Assembly: GCA_028712565.1 (NCBI GenBank)
Contig: JAQTPW010000002.1
Span: 99,601-163,600, forward strand
Direction: 5' to 3'
DNA: 64,000 nucleotides
DNA from: Minisyncoccota bacterium
Lineage (GTDB): Bacteria; Patescibacteriota; Minisyncoccia; Minisyncoccales; JAQTPW01
Below, piece by piece: positions 54,014 through 63,885 of this stretch (position 1 is its first letter; every line of letters begins with the position of its first letter). The translations under genes were made by a program, and so were the position numbers. The notes under the pieces are model-generated. The model was given only the letters and a program-made list of their open reading frames with translations. It did no database searches and was not told the DNA's origin.

Positions 54014-54068
54014 AAGCAAAAATACCATAAGGTAGTAAAATTTTTTGCCAGATGATAAAATAAATAAT

Positions 54069-55412
54069 ATGAAAATAAATCAGGCGATTTTCAAAGCATA
54101 TGATATTAGAGGGAAATATCCAGGAGAGATAAATAAAAATTCAGCGTTTCAGATTGGGAAGGGCTTTGCCTCTTTTTTAAAAGTAAGAAAACCCGAAATT
54201 GTAGTAGGAAGGGATAATCGCCTTTCGTCTTTGGATTTATTTTCGGGGATATCCAAAGGTGTTTCTTCTCAGGGGGGCAGAGTAATTAATATCGGGCTTT
54301 CCACGACCCCAATGCTTTATTGGGCGTGCGCAAATTTCAAACACGATGGAGGAATTGAGATTACGGCTAGCCATAATCCGCCAGAGTATAACGGCTTTAA
54401 ATTAGTGAAAAGGCCGGCTTTGCCGATCAGCGAGGTTTCGGGTTTGGAAGAAATTAAAATTTTAGCTGGTAAGAATTTAAAAGAAAAAAAAGGAAATTTT
54501 CCGCTGACAAAAAAAGAAGTTTTGAAAGAATATTCAAAATTCAATTTTGATAAATTTCCAAAGGAAAATTTCAGAAATTTAAAAATTGTTATTGATACGG
54601 CAAATGGCGTATCGGGATTAATAATTCCCGAAATTTCAAAAAAATTCCCTTTTAAAATTTGCCATTTATTTAAAAAACTAGACGGGTCTTTTCCAAACCA
54701 TAATCCTGATCCTTCAAAGTCAGAAAATTTGATTTCTCTGCAAAAAGAAGTGGCAAAGAGAAAGGCGGATTTAGGAGTAGCTTTTGACGGAGACGGCGAT
54801 AGGATAGCATTCGTTAATGAAAATGGTAATATAGTTCCCAATGATTTTATTTTGGCCTTATTGGCTGGATATCTTTTAAGAGAAAATCCAAAAAATAAAA
54901 TTTTATATGATTTGCGTTCGTCAAACATTGTGAGAGAGGTTATTTCAGAAAGTGGGGGAACGCCGGTCATTAGCCGAATAGGGCACTCCTTTATCAAGGA
55001 AAAGATGAGAAAGGAAAATATTTTGTTTGGCGGCGAGCTTTCTGGCCATTTCTATCATAAAGATTATTATTTTTGCGAAGCTCCGATTTTTGTCTTATTA
55101 AAGATTTGCGAGATATTATCTAATGAAAAAAGGAAGCTTTCTGAAATCATTTTTGAATTTGAGAAATATTGCCATTCCGGAGAGATAAATTTTGAAATAA
55201 AAGACAAAGAAGGAAAGATTCGGGAAATAAAAAACCGCTACCAGAGCGGAAAAATCATAGAAATAGACGGTTTAAGAGTTGATTTCGAGGATTGGTGGTT
55301 TTTAGTAAGGCCCTCCAATACCGAACCTTTATTGCGGCTGATTTTAGAAGCAAAAACAAAGGAATTGCTGGAAGAAAAAAGGAAAGAATTGTCAGATTTG
55401 ATAGAAAATTAA
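54069..55412 (+). CDS. Phosphomannomutase/phosphoglucomutase (alpha-D-phosphohexomutase family)
   Basis: FKAYDIRG, active site TASHNPPEYNGFK, and metal site AFDGDGDR. Start at the ATG at 54069. Confidence 0.9.
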   Translation: MKINQAIFKAYDIRGKYPGEINKNSAFQIGKGFASFLKVRKPEIVVGRDNRLSSLDLFSGISKGVSSQGGRVINIGLSTTPMLYWACANFKHDGGIEITASHNPPEYNGFKLVKRPALPISEVSGLEEIKILAGKNLKEKKGNFPLTKKEVLKEYSKFNFDKFPKENFRNLKIVIDTANGVSGLIIPEISKKFPFKICHLFKKLDGSFPNHNPDPSKSENLISLQKEVAKRKADLGVAFDGDGDRIAFVNENGNIVPNDFILALLAGYLLRENPKNKILYDLRSSNIVREVISESGGTPVISRIGHSFIKEKMRKENILFGGELSGHFYHKDYYFCEAPIFVLLKICEILSNEKRKLSEIIFEFEKYCHSGEINFEIKDKEGKIREIKNRYQSGKIIEIDGLRVDFEDWWFLVRPSNTEPLLRLILEAKTKELLEEKRKELSDLIEN

Positions 55413-56386
55413 ATTAATCCCATTTTCTTCTTTACATCCTGCATTGTGGATTGGGCAATAACTTCAGCTCTTTTTGCCCCTTGTTTTAGAATTTCTTTTA
55501 CATAGACTTCCCTTTGAAGAAGTTCTTTTCTTTTCCTGCGGAAGGTTTCCAGTTTTAAAACCAGCAGAGCAGCCAGCTGCTTTTTCAAATCAGCGTATCC
55601 TTTGCCATGGAATTTCTTTTCCACTTCTTTAATTTGAAGGCCTGAAAAAACAGAATAGATAGCTAAAAGATTAGATATGCCCGGCTTTAATTTCGGATTG
55701 TATTTTATTGATTTTCCGGCGTCGGTGACGGCCCTTGAAATTTTTTCTCTTATTATTTCCGGTTCGTCAAAAAGCCCAATAAAGCTTTCGGGGGAATCGC
55801 TTTTTGACATTTTTTTCTCGGGTTTTTGCAAGCTCATAATTTTGGCTCCAATTTTTGGAAGATGGGCCTCCGGAATTTTAAAGGTTTCTCCAAATCTAAG
55901 GTTGAATTTTTTAGCAATTGTTCTCGTTAATTCTACATGCTGGAGCTGGTCTTCGCCAACCGGGACCATTTCTGTTTTGTACAGCAGGATATCAGCCGCC
56001 ATTAACACAGGATAATTTAAAAGCCCGGCATTCAAGTTTTTCTCAAATTTCTTTGCCTTTTCTTTATATTGAGTCATTCTGCTCAAATCTCCGACTGGAG
56101 TTACCGTATTTAACAGCCAGGCCAATTCCGTATGCTCTTTAACTTCTGATTGGACAAAAACAATTGACTTTGCCGGATCAACTCCTGCCGCCATATAAGC
56201 TATGGCTTTTTCTAAAATTAAATCCTGAAGTTTTTTAGGGTCATAAGGAGAAGCAATTGCGTGAAGGTCAACAATGCAAAAAATGCATTCATTTTTTTCC
56301 TGAAGTTCTACCCATTGTTTTAGCGCCCCCAAATAATTTCCTATATGTATTTGTCCTGTCGGCTGGATGCCCGAAAAAATTTTCAT
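55409..56386 (-). CDS. trpS: Tryptophan--tRNA ligase
   Basis: FSGIQPTGQIHIGNYLG (HIGH-type region) and KMSKS. Confidence 0.95.
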   Translation of the reverse strand: MKIFSGIQPTGQIHIGNYLGALKQWVELQEKNECIFCIVDLHAIASPYDPKKLQDLILEKAIAYMAAGVDPAKSIVFVQSEVKEHTELAWLLNTVTPVGDLSRMTQYKEKAKKFEKNLNAGLLNYPVLMAADILLYKTEMVPVGEDQLQHVELTRTIAKKFNLRFGETFKIPEAHLPKIGAKIMSLQKPEKKMSKSDSPESFIGLFDEPEIIREKISRAVTDAGKSIKYNPKLKPGISNLLAIYSVFSGLQIKEVEKKFHGKGYADLKKQLAALLVLKLETFRRKRKELLQREVYVKEILKQGAKRAEVIAQSTMQDVKKKMGLI

Positions 56387-56411
56387 AGCTTAGGAATTTC
56401 AATTAATAATT

Positions 56412-56483
56412 CACCAATCTTACTAATTATACTAATTCTACCAATCATACCCTTTTTACCAGTTATACCAATTTTACCGATTA
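56412..56483. repeat. 9-nt periodic repeat (8 units, TACYAATNN on plus; nnnTTGGTA on minus) filling the rnj-trpS spacer
   Basis: caccaatct tactaatta tactaattc taccaatca taccctttt taccagtta taccaattt taccgatta. On the coding (minus) strand it begins with the rnj stop and gives in-frame TAA/TAA/TGA/TAA in alternate units. Confidence 0.85.
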
Positions 56484-58229
56484 CACTTCAATCACCACGG
56501 GCAATATTATGGGTCTTCTTTGCGTTTTTGTATAGAGGAATTGGCCAATTTTATTCCTTATCTCATCTTTAATATAAACCCAATTCACCGCCCCGCCTGA
56601 AGTTACAGCCCGGTCTACAATACCAATTACTTTTTTTCTTGTTTCTCTCAATAATTCTTTTGATTCTCTAAGGTAAACGAATCCTCTTGATATTATATCG
56701 GGGGAACCCCTGACCTTGCCAGTAGTTTTGTCAACGACGGCAACAATGACAAACATTCCGTCTTTTGCCAGCATTTGTCGGTCTCTCAATACTACCTCTC
56801 CGACATCCCCGATTCCCAAGCCGTCCACCATTACATAGCTTGAAGGGACAGTTTCTTTTTCAATAAAAATCCTTTTTTGGCTTAAGTTGATTATATTTCC
56901 ATTTTCAACAACAATAATATTTTTTTCAGGAATTCCTGTTTCTTTTGCCAGTTCGGCATGAGATACAAGCATTGAATATTGGCCATGTATGGGGAAGAAA
57001 AATTTAGGTTGCATAATTTTTATCATTTCTTTTAATTCTTCCTGCTGGGCGTGGCCGCCGGCATGGATATCCATCATTTTATAGTGAAAAACTCTAACCC
57101 CTTGCCTTAAGATTTCATCTTTCATAACCTGAACCGTTCTTTCGTTCCCGGGGATAACCGAGGAGGAAAAAATTGCCGTGTCTCCCTTTTTTAATTTCAA
57201 AAACCTATGTTCTTTGTTTACAACTCGCATTAAAACCGCCTCTGATTCTCCTTGGGCTCCGGTGCAAAGAACAGTTATTTTTGAATCGGGATAATTTTGG
57301 GCTTCTTTAATGGAAATTAAGGTTCCTCTTTTTGATTTAATATAACCTAGCGTTTTTGCAAGTTCGACATTAGTTTTCATTGAATATCCTTCCAGACAAA
57401 CATACCTGCCATATTTCTCAGAAAGAGTGATAATCTGCTGGACGCGGTTAATCAAAGACGCAAAAGTGGCGGCTATAATCCGGCCCTGGGATCTTCTGAA
57501 AATCTCCTCCATGTTTTTGAAAATGTCGGTTTCGGAAAGAGAATGGCCTTCTTCTTCGGCGCCGGTGGAATCTGACATTAACAATAATATTTTTCTTTTT
57601 CCGAAATCTCTTAATTTTTGAAAATTTGTCGGCAAATCATTTATTGGATTTTGGTCAAATTTAAAATCGGAAGTGTGCAGAATGTTTCCAATCGGAGTTT
57701 CTATAAAGAGCCCCAAATTATCAGGAATATTGTGGTTTTGCCTGAAAAATTCAACTGAAAACGGCCCTAATTTTACTTTGTATCCGTCTTTTACCTCATT
57801 AATATCAAGTTTGGGCTGTTGGGGGAAATCTTCCTGCCTTTTTAAGATTATTCCTCTTGTTAAAGGAGAAGCAAAAATTTCCAAATTAGGATGCCAGATT
57901 TCTTTTAACAAATAAGGGACATTCCCGATGTGGTCATAATGTCCGTGGGTAAAAAAGATGCCTAAAATATTTTTTTCTTTGCCTTTTAAATAACTGATAT
58001 TTGGGACAATGTAATCTATGCCCGGCATATCTTCTGAGGGCATTCTAAAACCCATGTCGCAAATCAAAATCTTCCCTTGTATTTCAAAGATTGTCATATT
58101 CCTTCCCACTTCTCCTAATCCTCCCAAAGGAATTATTTTTAAATTTCCTGCATCAGAAACTTCGTTTCTGCGCGGGACTGATCCAGTACTGAATCTTGTT
58201 CTAGCGCTGGATTGTTGTATTTTTTTCAC
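56481..58229 (-). CDS. rnj: Ribonuclease J
   Basis: GTG start. Beta-lactamase/beta-CASP fold with FFTHGHYDHIG, and GGLGEVGRN near the N-terminus. 582 aa. Confidence 0.93.
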   Translation of the reverse strand: MKKIQQSSARTRFSTGSVPRRNEVSDAGNLKIIPLGGLGEVGRNMTIFEIQGKILICDMGFRMPSEDMPGIDYIVPNISYLKGKEKNILGIFFTHGHYDHIGNVPYLLKEIWHPNLEIFASPLTRGIILKRQEDFPQQPKLDINEVKDGYKVKLGPFSVEFFRQNHNIPDNLGLFIETPIGNILHTSDFKFDQNPINDLPTNFQKLRDFGKRKILLLMSDSTGAEEEGHSLSETDIFKNMEEIFRRSQGRIIAATFASLINRVQQIITLSEKYGRYVCLEGYSMKTNVELAKTLGYIKSKRGTLISIKEAQNYPDSKITVLCTGAQGESEAVLMRVVNKEHRFLKLKKGDTAIFSSSVIPGNERTVQVMKDEILRQGVRVFHYKMMDIHAGGHAQQEELKEMIKIMQPKFFFPIHGQYSMLVSHAELAKETGIPEKNIIVVENGNIINLSQKRIFIEKETVPSSYVMVDGLGIGDVGEVVLRDRQMLAKDGMFVIVAVVDKTTGKVRGSPDIISRGFVYLRESKELLRETRKKVIGIVDRAVTSGGAVNWVYIKDEIRNKIGQFLYTKTQRRPIILPVVIEV

Positions 58230-58359
58230 CCCGTTAGAGGTCTGTCCTATATAGTTTATACGCTAATTTTGGATAGACCTTTATTTTTTGATTAATCCCC
58301 CCGTTATCGCAAGCAAAAAATTTATTTTAAATTTTTTGCCCAAGACCTCTAACGGGGTT
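58227..58359. repeat. 133-bp TIR-bounded palindromic element, copy 2 (tRNA-Leu(CAG)-rnj spacer)
   Basis: Differs from copy 1 by one extra T (ggaTagacc) and one fewer T in a T-run. Its terminal CAC is the GTG start of rnj. The other end lies 6 nt from the tRNA-Leu 3' end. Confidence 0.9.
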
Positions 58360-58365
58360 TTATAG

Positions 58366-58450
58366 TGCGGACGGAGAGATTTGAACTCTCACGGGATTTT
58401 GTCCCCTTGGCTTCTGAGACCAAGGTGTCTGCCAGTTCCACCACGTCCGC
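58366..58450 (-). tRNA. tRNA-Leu(CAG)
   Basis: GCGGACG-UG-GUG-GAACUGGCAGA-CAC-C-UUGGU-CUCAGAA-GCCAA-GGGGACAAAAUCCCGU-GAGAG-UUCAAAU-CUCUC-CGUCCGC-A. Confidence 0.9.
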
Positions 58451-58514
58451 CCCAAAACCACGTTGGGTTTGGGGCTGCCATGTACCCTAAGTGGTGCATG
58501 GCGCCTTCGCCTCC

Positions 58515-59519
58515 CTATTCTTTCATTTTGTTTTTAAGTTCGTCAATAAGCTTGTTTTCAAAAGGATTTATTTTTTGTACTTTAGCAAGATAATACGAAG
58601 TCCAATAAAACAGAATCAAAGAGTTTATTATTTTTTCAAATATCGTCTTTCCGGAAATTTCTATAAAATTTACTTCAGATCCCCGGGATTTTATTATATC
58701 TGCCGTAATATCCATCCTTTTTGAAACTCGGTCATTTTCATCATTTGACTTTAGAATAAGGACTGTGAATTTTGATTCTTTGGAATTGAAAGCTTCAATT
58801 TCATTATGGTCCAATTCCGGGAATTTGTTCCAGAAAGCCGGCATTTTGGAATTTTCATTCAGAAGTATTTTAAATATAAAAGCCAGAGGTTCGTATTTTT
58901 GCGAGCTGTAAATCAGAGGGATTTTGCCGAGAATCTTTTCTGAAAGGCCCCTCCCTTCTTTATCCAATTTTTCCTCATCCAAATTATCAATGATATTTAA
59001 AATATTTTCGCTAACTTCGGGCAGGATATGAGAATTTTCTAAAATTTTCAAAAGTGCGGAAAACTGGTACCCCAAAGCCATTCTCGGGGGAAGCCCGGGC
59101 GGAATAATTGAAAGCGGGACCCCATTTTCTTTGCACAGTTTTTCAATCTCTCCTCCTGAAGATATGGCAATGATATTTAATTTTTTTCCAAGAGATTCTT
59201 TAAATGACGAAATTGTTTCTTCGGTATTGCCAGAATATGATATAGCTACAATTAAGCTGTTTTCGTCAGCCAAAAGCGGAACTTCATAATTTCGATGGAT
59301 AAAAACCGGAATTTTTATTTTCAAGGAATTTGTTAAAAGCTGAAGCAGTTCTCCGGGCAAGGCGCTTCCGCCCATGCCGCAGATAAAGATATTTTTTATT
59401 TTTTTACTGTCTAATTCTGCTCCGGTATTTTTAGCTAAATCAAAACCTGCCGCAAATTGTTTTTTAAAACCTAATATAATATTGCGCATATCCATTTCTA
59501 TATTATTTTTTATTTCCAT
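58515..59519 (-). CDS. Bifunctional phosphoglucose/phosphomannose isomerase (SIS domain)
   Basis: ICGMGGSALPGELL and ISYSGNTEET SIS motifs. 334 aa. Confidence 0.8.
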   Translation of the reverse strand: MEIKNNIEMDMRNIILGFKKQFAAGFDLAKNTGAELDSKKIKNIFICGMGGSALPGELLQLLTNSLKIKIPVFIHRNYEVPLLADENSLIVAISYSGNTEETISSFKESLGKKLNIIAISSGGEIEKLCKENGVPLSIIPPGLPPRMALGYQFSALLKILENSHILPEVSENILNIIDNLDEEKLDKEGRGLSEKILGKIPLIYSSQKYEPLAFIFKILLNENSKMPAFWNKFPELDHNEIEAFNSKESKFTVLILKSNDENDRVSKRMDITADIIKSRGSEVNFIEISGKTIFEKIINSLILFYWTSYYLAKVQKINPFENKLIDELKNKMKE

Positions 59520-61540
59520 ATTCTTTTTATTTTAACATACCAGTTTTCTATTCCAGAAAACCTTTTTGCGGGTTCTATAATTAATTTTTCTTCCACCCCC
59601 TTTATTTTATTTGAAACAAAGTAAATATAATCTGGGCTGTATAGGAACACGGCCGGCGCGTCTTCTATCAATAAATTTTGAAATTCCTCCAATTTTTCTT
59701 TTCTTTCGTTTTCATTCAGATTTTGGCGGGCCTCTTCCAACAGCTCGTCAACTTTTTTATTTTCATAAACTGCCAAATTCAATCCCGGATCCTGTTTTTG
59801 GATGGAATCCCAGAAAGGAAACGGATCGGGAATTTTCCTTAAAACTTCTCCAAACAGTATTGCTTCATAATTTCTCGGCTTCATAATGTCTCTTTCAAAT
59901 TCCGATGAAGTCATGGCCGTAGTTTGTATAACCAGATCTACGCCCAAAGCCTTCCATTGGTCTTTTAAAATATTTGCTATTTCCAGGAGTAATGGCTGGT
60001 CGTTAATAGCTAATGAAATTTTGAGAACCAGCTTTTCTTCCGGAGAGCTAACGCATAATTCGTTTAGTTTTGCCCGCGTGGCTTTTGAAACCGTGCCAGT
60101 CCCCTTTGCCAGCCCGGCCGGATCTAAAATATCTTCTTTATATTTTTCCTGGAACTTAATTACGGCTGCTTTTGTCTTTTGGCCAAAAGATCCGGTAATT
60201 TCTCCATCAGGATAAATCGAGGAATCTTTTGCAAGGCATTTTTGGAGTTCCTCTACTTCAGTTCCCGTAGATCCTACTTCCAGGTCGCTTTTAAACTTAA
60301 AAGCAGGTTCTTTTTTGACAATTTTTTCCCTAATGCCCGATTCTGTTTCTTTGAAGCCGGCTTTATCCAAAAGATTCTTGGCTTTTTCTAAATCAAACTG
60401 ATAAATTTTTTCAGGGTCTTCAAAGCCATAAATTTCCGGCAAAATAGGGGAGTCAACAACTTTAGCTTTTGAATCTGAAATTTTTTCTATAACCTCGGCT
60501 TTATTAGTCCCGTAATTCAGGGCTTGCCTTACATTTATATCAGAAAGGATTTTTGCCTTATCAGGATTAAAAAATACCGCAAAATATCTTGGGAGAGTCA
60601 AATGATAATCCTTGAATCCAAGGTCTTGCAGATAACTATAATTTTTAAAATTAGTCAGAGAAAAACCGTTAATTTCTCCTTTTTTTGCCGCATCTGTCAA
60701 ATTTTCCTCGGTTTCATAGAATCTGAATTTTATTTTTGAAATATTCGGCTTTTCTCCAAAATAATCTTTATTAATCCCCAAGGATAAATAATTTATGTAG
60801 CCCTTCTTGTTTTTATCTAAATTTTCTAATTTGTAGGGGCCGGACCCTATTGGATTTAAATTATACTTTTCAAGAGGAAATTGCTGGGAAGAAATATTCT
60901 GCCATATGTACTGGGGTATTATTTTTAAAGTAAGATTTTCTAGAAATCCGCTGTAAGCATTTTTTAATTTAAACAAAACTTCAAAATCTGAAATTTTTTC
61001 TATATCTACCCCAACCCATTCAGCCCGAAGAGTGCTTTTATAGTCCGGATTCTGGATTGTTTTTACAGTAAAGACCACATCGTCAGCTGTTAGCTTGTGG
61101 GCTTTTGGAGATTTGGGATCTGCCCAAAAAACATTTTCATTTAGAATTACGTAATAACTTTTTCCCTCGTCTTCAATTTTTACTTCTTTGGCAATATCAG
61201 GGACGATTTCGCTGTTTTTTCCGTATTTCATCAGCCCGGAAAAAATAAATTCAACCAAATCTTGGTCAACATTATTGGAAGTTGCGTAAATCGGATTGAT
61301 AAGATTCGGCTGACCAACTGCTCCTTCAACAAACGTTCCTCCTGCTGCTGCCTGAATTTCCGTATTCTTAAAGTAGGCGCTAGTTATCAAAAAAATTGCG
61401 CTGGCAAAAATAAGGATTAATAAAGCGAAGAAAAAAATCTTCTCTTTTCTATTTAAAATTTTAAAAAATTGCCTCCATTGAGGTTTAGATGGCCACTTTA
61501 GAGTGGCAAAAGAGTTTCGGGGTTTGGGAAAACCTAACAT
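59510..61540 (-). CDS. ABC-type substrate-binding protein (family 5, peptide/nickel type) with inserted peptidoglycan-binding domain
   Basis: N-terminal TM anchor and an SBP_bac_5-like body. An internal segment GSTGTEVEELQKCLAKDSSIYPDGEITGSFGQKTKAAVIKFQEKY matches the PG_binding_1 pattern. Confidence 0.7.
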   Translation of the reverse strand: MLGFPKPRNSFATLKWPSKPQWRQFFKILNRKEKIFFFALLILIFASAIFLITSAYFKNTEIQAAAGGTFVEGAVGQPNLINPIYATSNNVDQDLVEFIFSGLMKYGKNSEIVPDIAKEVKIEDEGKSYYVILNENVFWADPKSPKAHKLTADDVVFTVKTIQNPDYKSTLRAEWVGVDIEKISDFEVLFKLKNAYSGFLENLTLKIIPQYIWQNISSQQFPLEKYNLNPIGSGPYKLENLDKNKKGYINYLSLGINKDYFGEKPNISKIKFRFYETEENLTDAAKKGEINGFSLTNFKNYSYLQDLGFKDYHLTLPRYFAVFFNPDKAKILSDINVRQALNYGTNKAEVIEKISDSKAKVVDSPILPEIYGFEDPEKIYQFDLEKAKNLLDKAGFKETESGIREKIVKKEPAFKFKSDLEVGSTGTEVEELQKCLAKDSSIYPDGEITGSFGQKTKAAVIKFQEKYKEDILDPAGLAKGTGTVSKATRAKLNELCVSSPEEKLVLKISLAINDQPLLLEIANILKDQWKALGVDLVIQTTAMTSSEFERDIMKPRNYEAILFGEVLRKIPDPFPFWDSIQKQDPGLNLAVYENKKVDELLEEARQNLNENERKEKLEEFQNLLIEDAPAVFLYSPDYIYFVSNKIKGVEEKLIIEPAKRFSGIENWYVKIKRIWK

Positions 61541-61756
61541 TTAAAAAATTGGACTTAAGAGAGTCAAAATTATGAAAATTGCTCCAAAGACGCAGGTTAA
61601 GATGAAAATTTTTTTCTCAGCGCCTCTTAAAGTTCCATAGAACCCGCTTTCTTGGCCAAAGGAAGAGCCCAAAGCCGTTCCTCTTTGCTGGAGAAGAACT
61701 AAAATTATTAAGATGACGCTAATTCCAATTTGGATAAAAGGCAAAAAAGTTTTCAT
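61541..61756 (-). CDS. secG: Preprotein translocase subunit SecG
   Basis: 71 aa, two TM helices, LLQQRGTALGSSFG motif. Confidence 0.8.
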   Translation of the reverse strand: MKTFLPFIQIGISVILIILVLLQQRGTALGSSFGQESGFYGTLRGAEKKIFILTCVFGAIFIILTLLSPIF

Positions 61757-61865
61757 TTTATTGATTATTGTTTACAGCGGTAATTCTAAATTAAAGGAGA
61801 ATTTATAATCTTTATTGATAGTATCAGAAAAATTTAAAGGAGTCAATAGTTTTGGCAACTAACTG

Positions 61866-63179
61866 TTAGGTGTGTGGAAGAAAATTCTGAAACCTCAGTT
61901 TTTTGTGATAGGAAATAGCAAAGCGGTGGGCTTCGTCTCTTAGCTGCAAAATCAAATTAAAGATTTCTCTGGGTAAAGTTTTAAGCAAGAGCGGCCTTTC
62001 TCTGCCCTCTATATATAACTCATTTTGTCTCTTCGCTATTGCAATTACTGGAATTGTTAATTGTTTGCTTCTAATTGTTATTTGGGCCGCATTTAACTGG
62101 GCCTTTCCGCCATCGATTAAAATTAGGTCAGGATACAGCCATTCTGAATGATTTAACCTTCTAAAAAGTATTTCTTTTATCATGGCAATATCGTTTGGTT
62201 TTCCTGAAATTTTTATTCTAAACCTGCGATAAAAGTTTTTATCCGGTTTTCCTGCAAAAAAGTTCACCATGGAACCCGTTGCCTCTTTCCCTTGGATATT
62301 GGAAATATCATAGGCTTCAATGCGGTTTATTTTCCTGCCGGTCTTTAAAATTTTTTGCAAAATATTTTGGGTTTTTTGCCAGTTATCTTGAGAAATTATT
62401 TCCCCGCCATTAAAGATTTTTGAATTAGACAATACCTTTTCAAAGGCCAGAATCTTGTCTCTTATTTTTGCAGCTTTTTCAAAATCTTTGCTTCTGGAGG
62501 CTCCTTTCATTTCTCTTTTTAATTTCTCTTTAACCCGAGATTCTTTTCCAGAAAGTATTCCAAAAAGGGAAGCGGCATTCCTTTTGGCTTCATTTTCTAA
62601 TTTTTCGCTGATTTTTGGCACTTCCAGAATTTTTGATCTTAGAGTGCAGGGGGCCGGGCATCTGTCCAAATGATACCAAAGGCAAGGCCTTTTTGGTAAA
62701 AATCTGCAGGATCTGTAAGGAAAAACCTTTCTTAATATTTTTAAAGTTTCTTTTAGGGATTTGCCGTCGACAAAAGGTCCGGCAAATTTAGAATATAGAA
62801 TATAGGATTTAGAATTTAGCTTTGGTTGGTGGGTGATGAAGATTTGGGGAAAAGGTTCTTGCGTTTTTCCAACAAAAAAATAATTTTTGTCGTCTTTCCA
62901 GACGATATTATATTTTGGCTGGTATTTTTTAATTAAATTTGCCTCCAAAATCAAAGCTTCAATTTCAGAATTGGTTTTGAAATAGCCAATCTTATTAACT
63001 TTATCTATAAATTGTTTATCCCAGAAATTCGGCTGAAAAAAATGATTTTTCACCCGCTCTTTTAGGTTAGCCGCCTTTCCGATATATAATAACTTTCCTT
63101 TTTCTTTGAAAATATAAACTCCGGCTTCTTTGGGAAGTTTTGGTATATTATCTTTTAAAATAAATTTAAATTTTATCAC
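61866..63179 (-). CDS. uvrC: Excinuclease ABC subunit C (short form, no C-terminal HhH pair)
   Basis: GIY-YIG N-terminus (GVYIFKEKGKLLYIGKAANLKERV), a Cys-rich segment, and an RNase H-like endonuclease region (RIEAYDISN). Confidence 0.8.
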   Translation of the reverse strand: MIKFKFILKDNIPKLPKEAGVYIFKEKGKLLYIGKAANLKERVKNHFFQPNFWDKQFIDKVNKIGYFKTNSEIEALILEANLIKKYQPKYNIVWKDDKNYFFVGKTQEPFPQIFITHQPKLNSKSYILYSKFAGPFVDGKSLKETLKILRKVFPYRSCRFLPKRPCLWYHLDRCPAPCTLRSKILEVPKISEKLENEAKRNAASLFGILSGKESRVKEKLKREMKGASRSKDFEKAAKIRDKILAFEKVLSNSKIFNGGEIISQDNWQKTQNILQKILKTGRKINRIEAYDISNIQGKEATGSMVNFFAGKPDKNFYRRFRIKISGKPNDIAMIKEILFRRLNHSEWLYPDLILIDGGKAQLNAAQITIRSKQLTIPVIAIAKRQNELYIEGRERPLLLKTLPREIFNLILQLRDEAHRFAISYHKKLRFQNFLPHT

Positions 63180-63292
63180 ACCTTTAATTTAGATTAATTT
63201 CTTTAAATTTTCAATTCTGAAAAACAAGACCCCCGAGCTTTAAAACTTTTGACAGTTTGAAAGCTTCGGGGGTAGAGGAGAAGATAATGAAT

Positions 63293-63751
63293 TTATTCAG
63301 TAAAAACCTTAAGGGTCAACGGATCTTCGACCATAGGCGGAATTATTACTCTTGTTAAGTCCGCAAAGGTCGTCTTACTTTCAGAAACCTTTACCGTAAA
63401 GGTTTCTGATGATCCAGCAGCCACTATGATTTCTCCCGCATAGTGTTCACTATTGCTGCTCAGGAAAACCGTTTCTAGTTCGGGCCAGAATATCCCCTCC
63501 ATAAATGGCTTAATGGCTTCAAAGCTTATCCGCATGGGATAAATAGAAGCATTTGTAATCCGGACTTCCCCAGAGACTATTTCGTCTCCGGGTTTGAGAT
63601 ATACCACATGCCTTTCACCTTGCCAATCCCAGTTATAGGTATATGAGACTTCTTTTGGGATTGGGGTGGGGATGGGCGTCTCGATGAAGGTGGCGGGCGT
63701 ACAACCAGCCAGACAAACAACTGCTGCTAGAATTGCGATAATCTTTTTCAT
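63293..63751 (-). CDS. Lipoprotein, hypothetical
   Basis: Lipobox LAGC after the signal peptide MKKIIAILAAVVCLAGC. Higher GC than neighbours and a strong SD (AAAGGAGAG). Confidence 0.75.
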   Translation of the reverse strand: MKKIIAILAAVVCLAGCTPATFIETPIPTPIPKEVSYTYNWDWQGERHVVYLKPGDEIVSGEVRITNASIYPMRISFEAIKPFMEGIFWPELETVFLSSNSEHYAGEIIVAAGSSETFTVKVSESKTTFADLTRVIIPPMVEDPLTLKVFTE

Positions 63752-63840
63752 TTCTCTCCTTTATCTGCCGTATTTCGGCAGAATTTTTTATTTTTCTTTA
63801 AGATGACAAAGAACTTTGAAACTATCTAAATAATACTTCT

Positions 63841-63869
63841 ATTATAGCAAATTTTGGATAATTTGTCAA
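63841..63869 (-). promoter_or_regulatory. Consensus sigma-70 promoter of the lipoprotein gene
   Basis: Minus strand reads TTGACA-17 nt-TATAAT (ttaTTGACAaattatccaaaatttgcTATAAT). The TTGACAAATTA start is shared with the promoter at 6698-6725. Confidence 0.65.
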
Positions 63870-63885
63870 TAACTATGTTTTCTAG

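Noticed and set aside
54317-54997. Long antisense ORFs inside well-supported genes: 54317..54997 opposite the phosphohexomutase gene, 52985..53431 opposite ssb, 46040..46492 and 44303..44743 opposite rpoC/rpoB, 11412..11846 opposite gyrA, 38930..39328 opposite ligA, and 20602..21303 opposite the membrane paralog.
   Set aside because: They are low-complexity, S/F/L/K-rich shadow frames of AT-rich coding sequence. They have no motifs and no independent start or stop context. The opposite-strand genes carry unambiguous family signatures.
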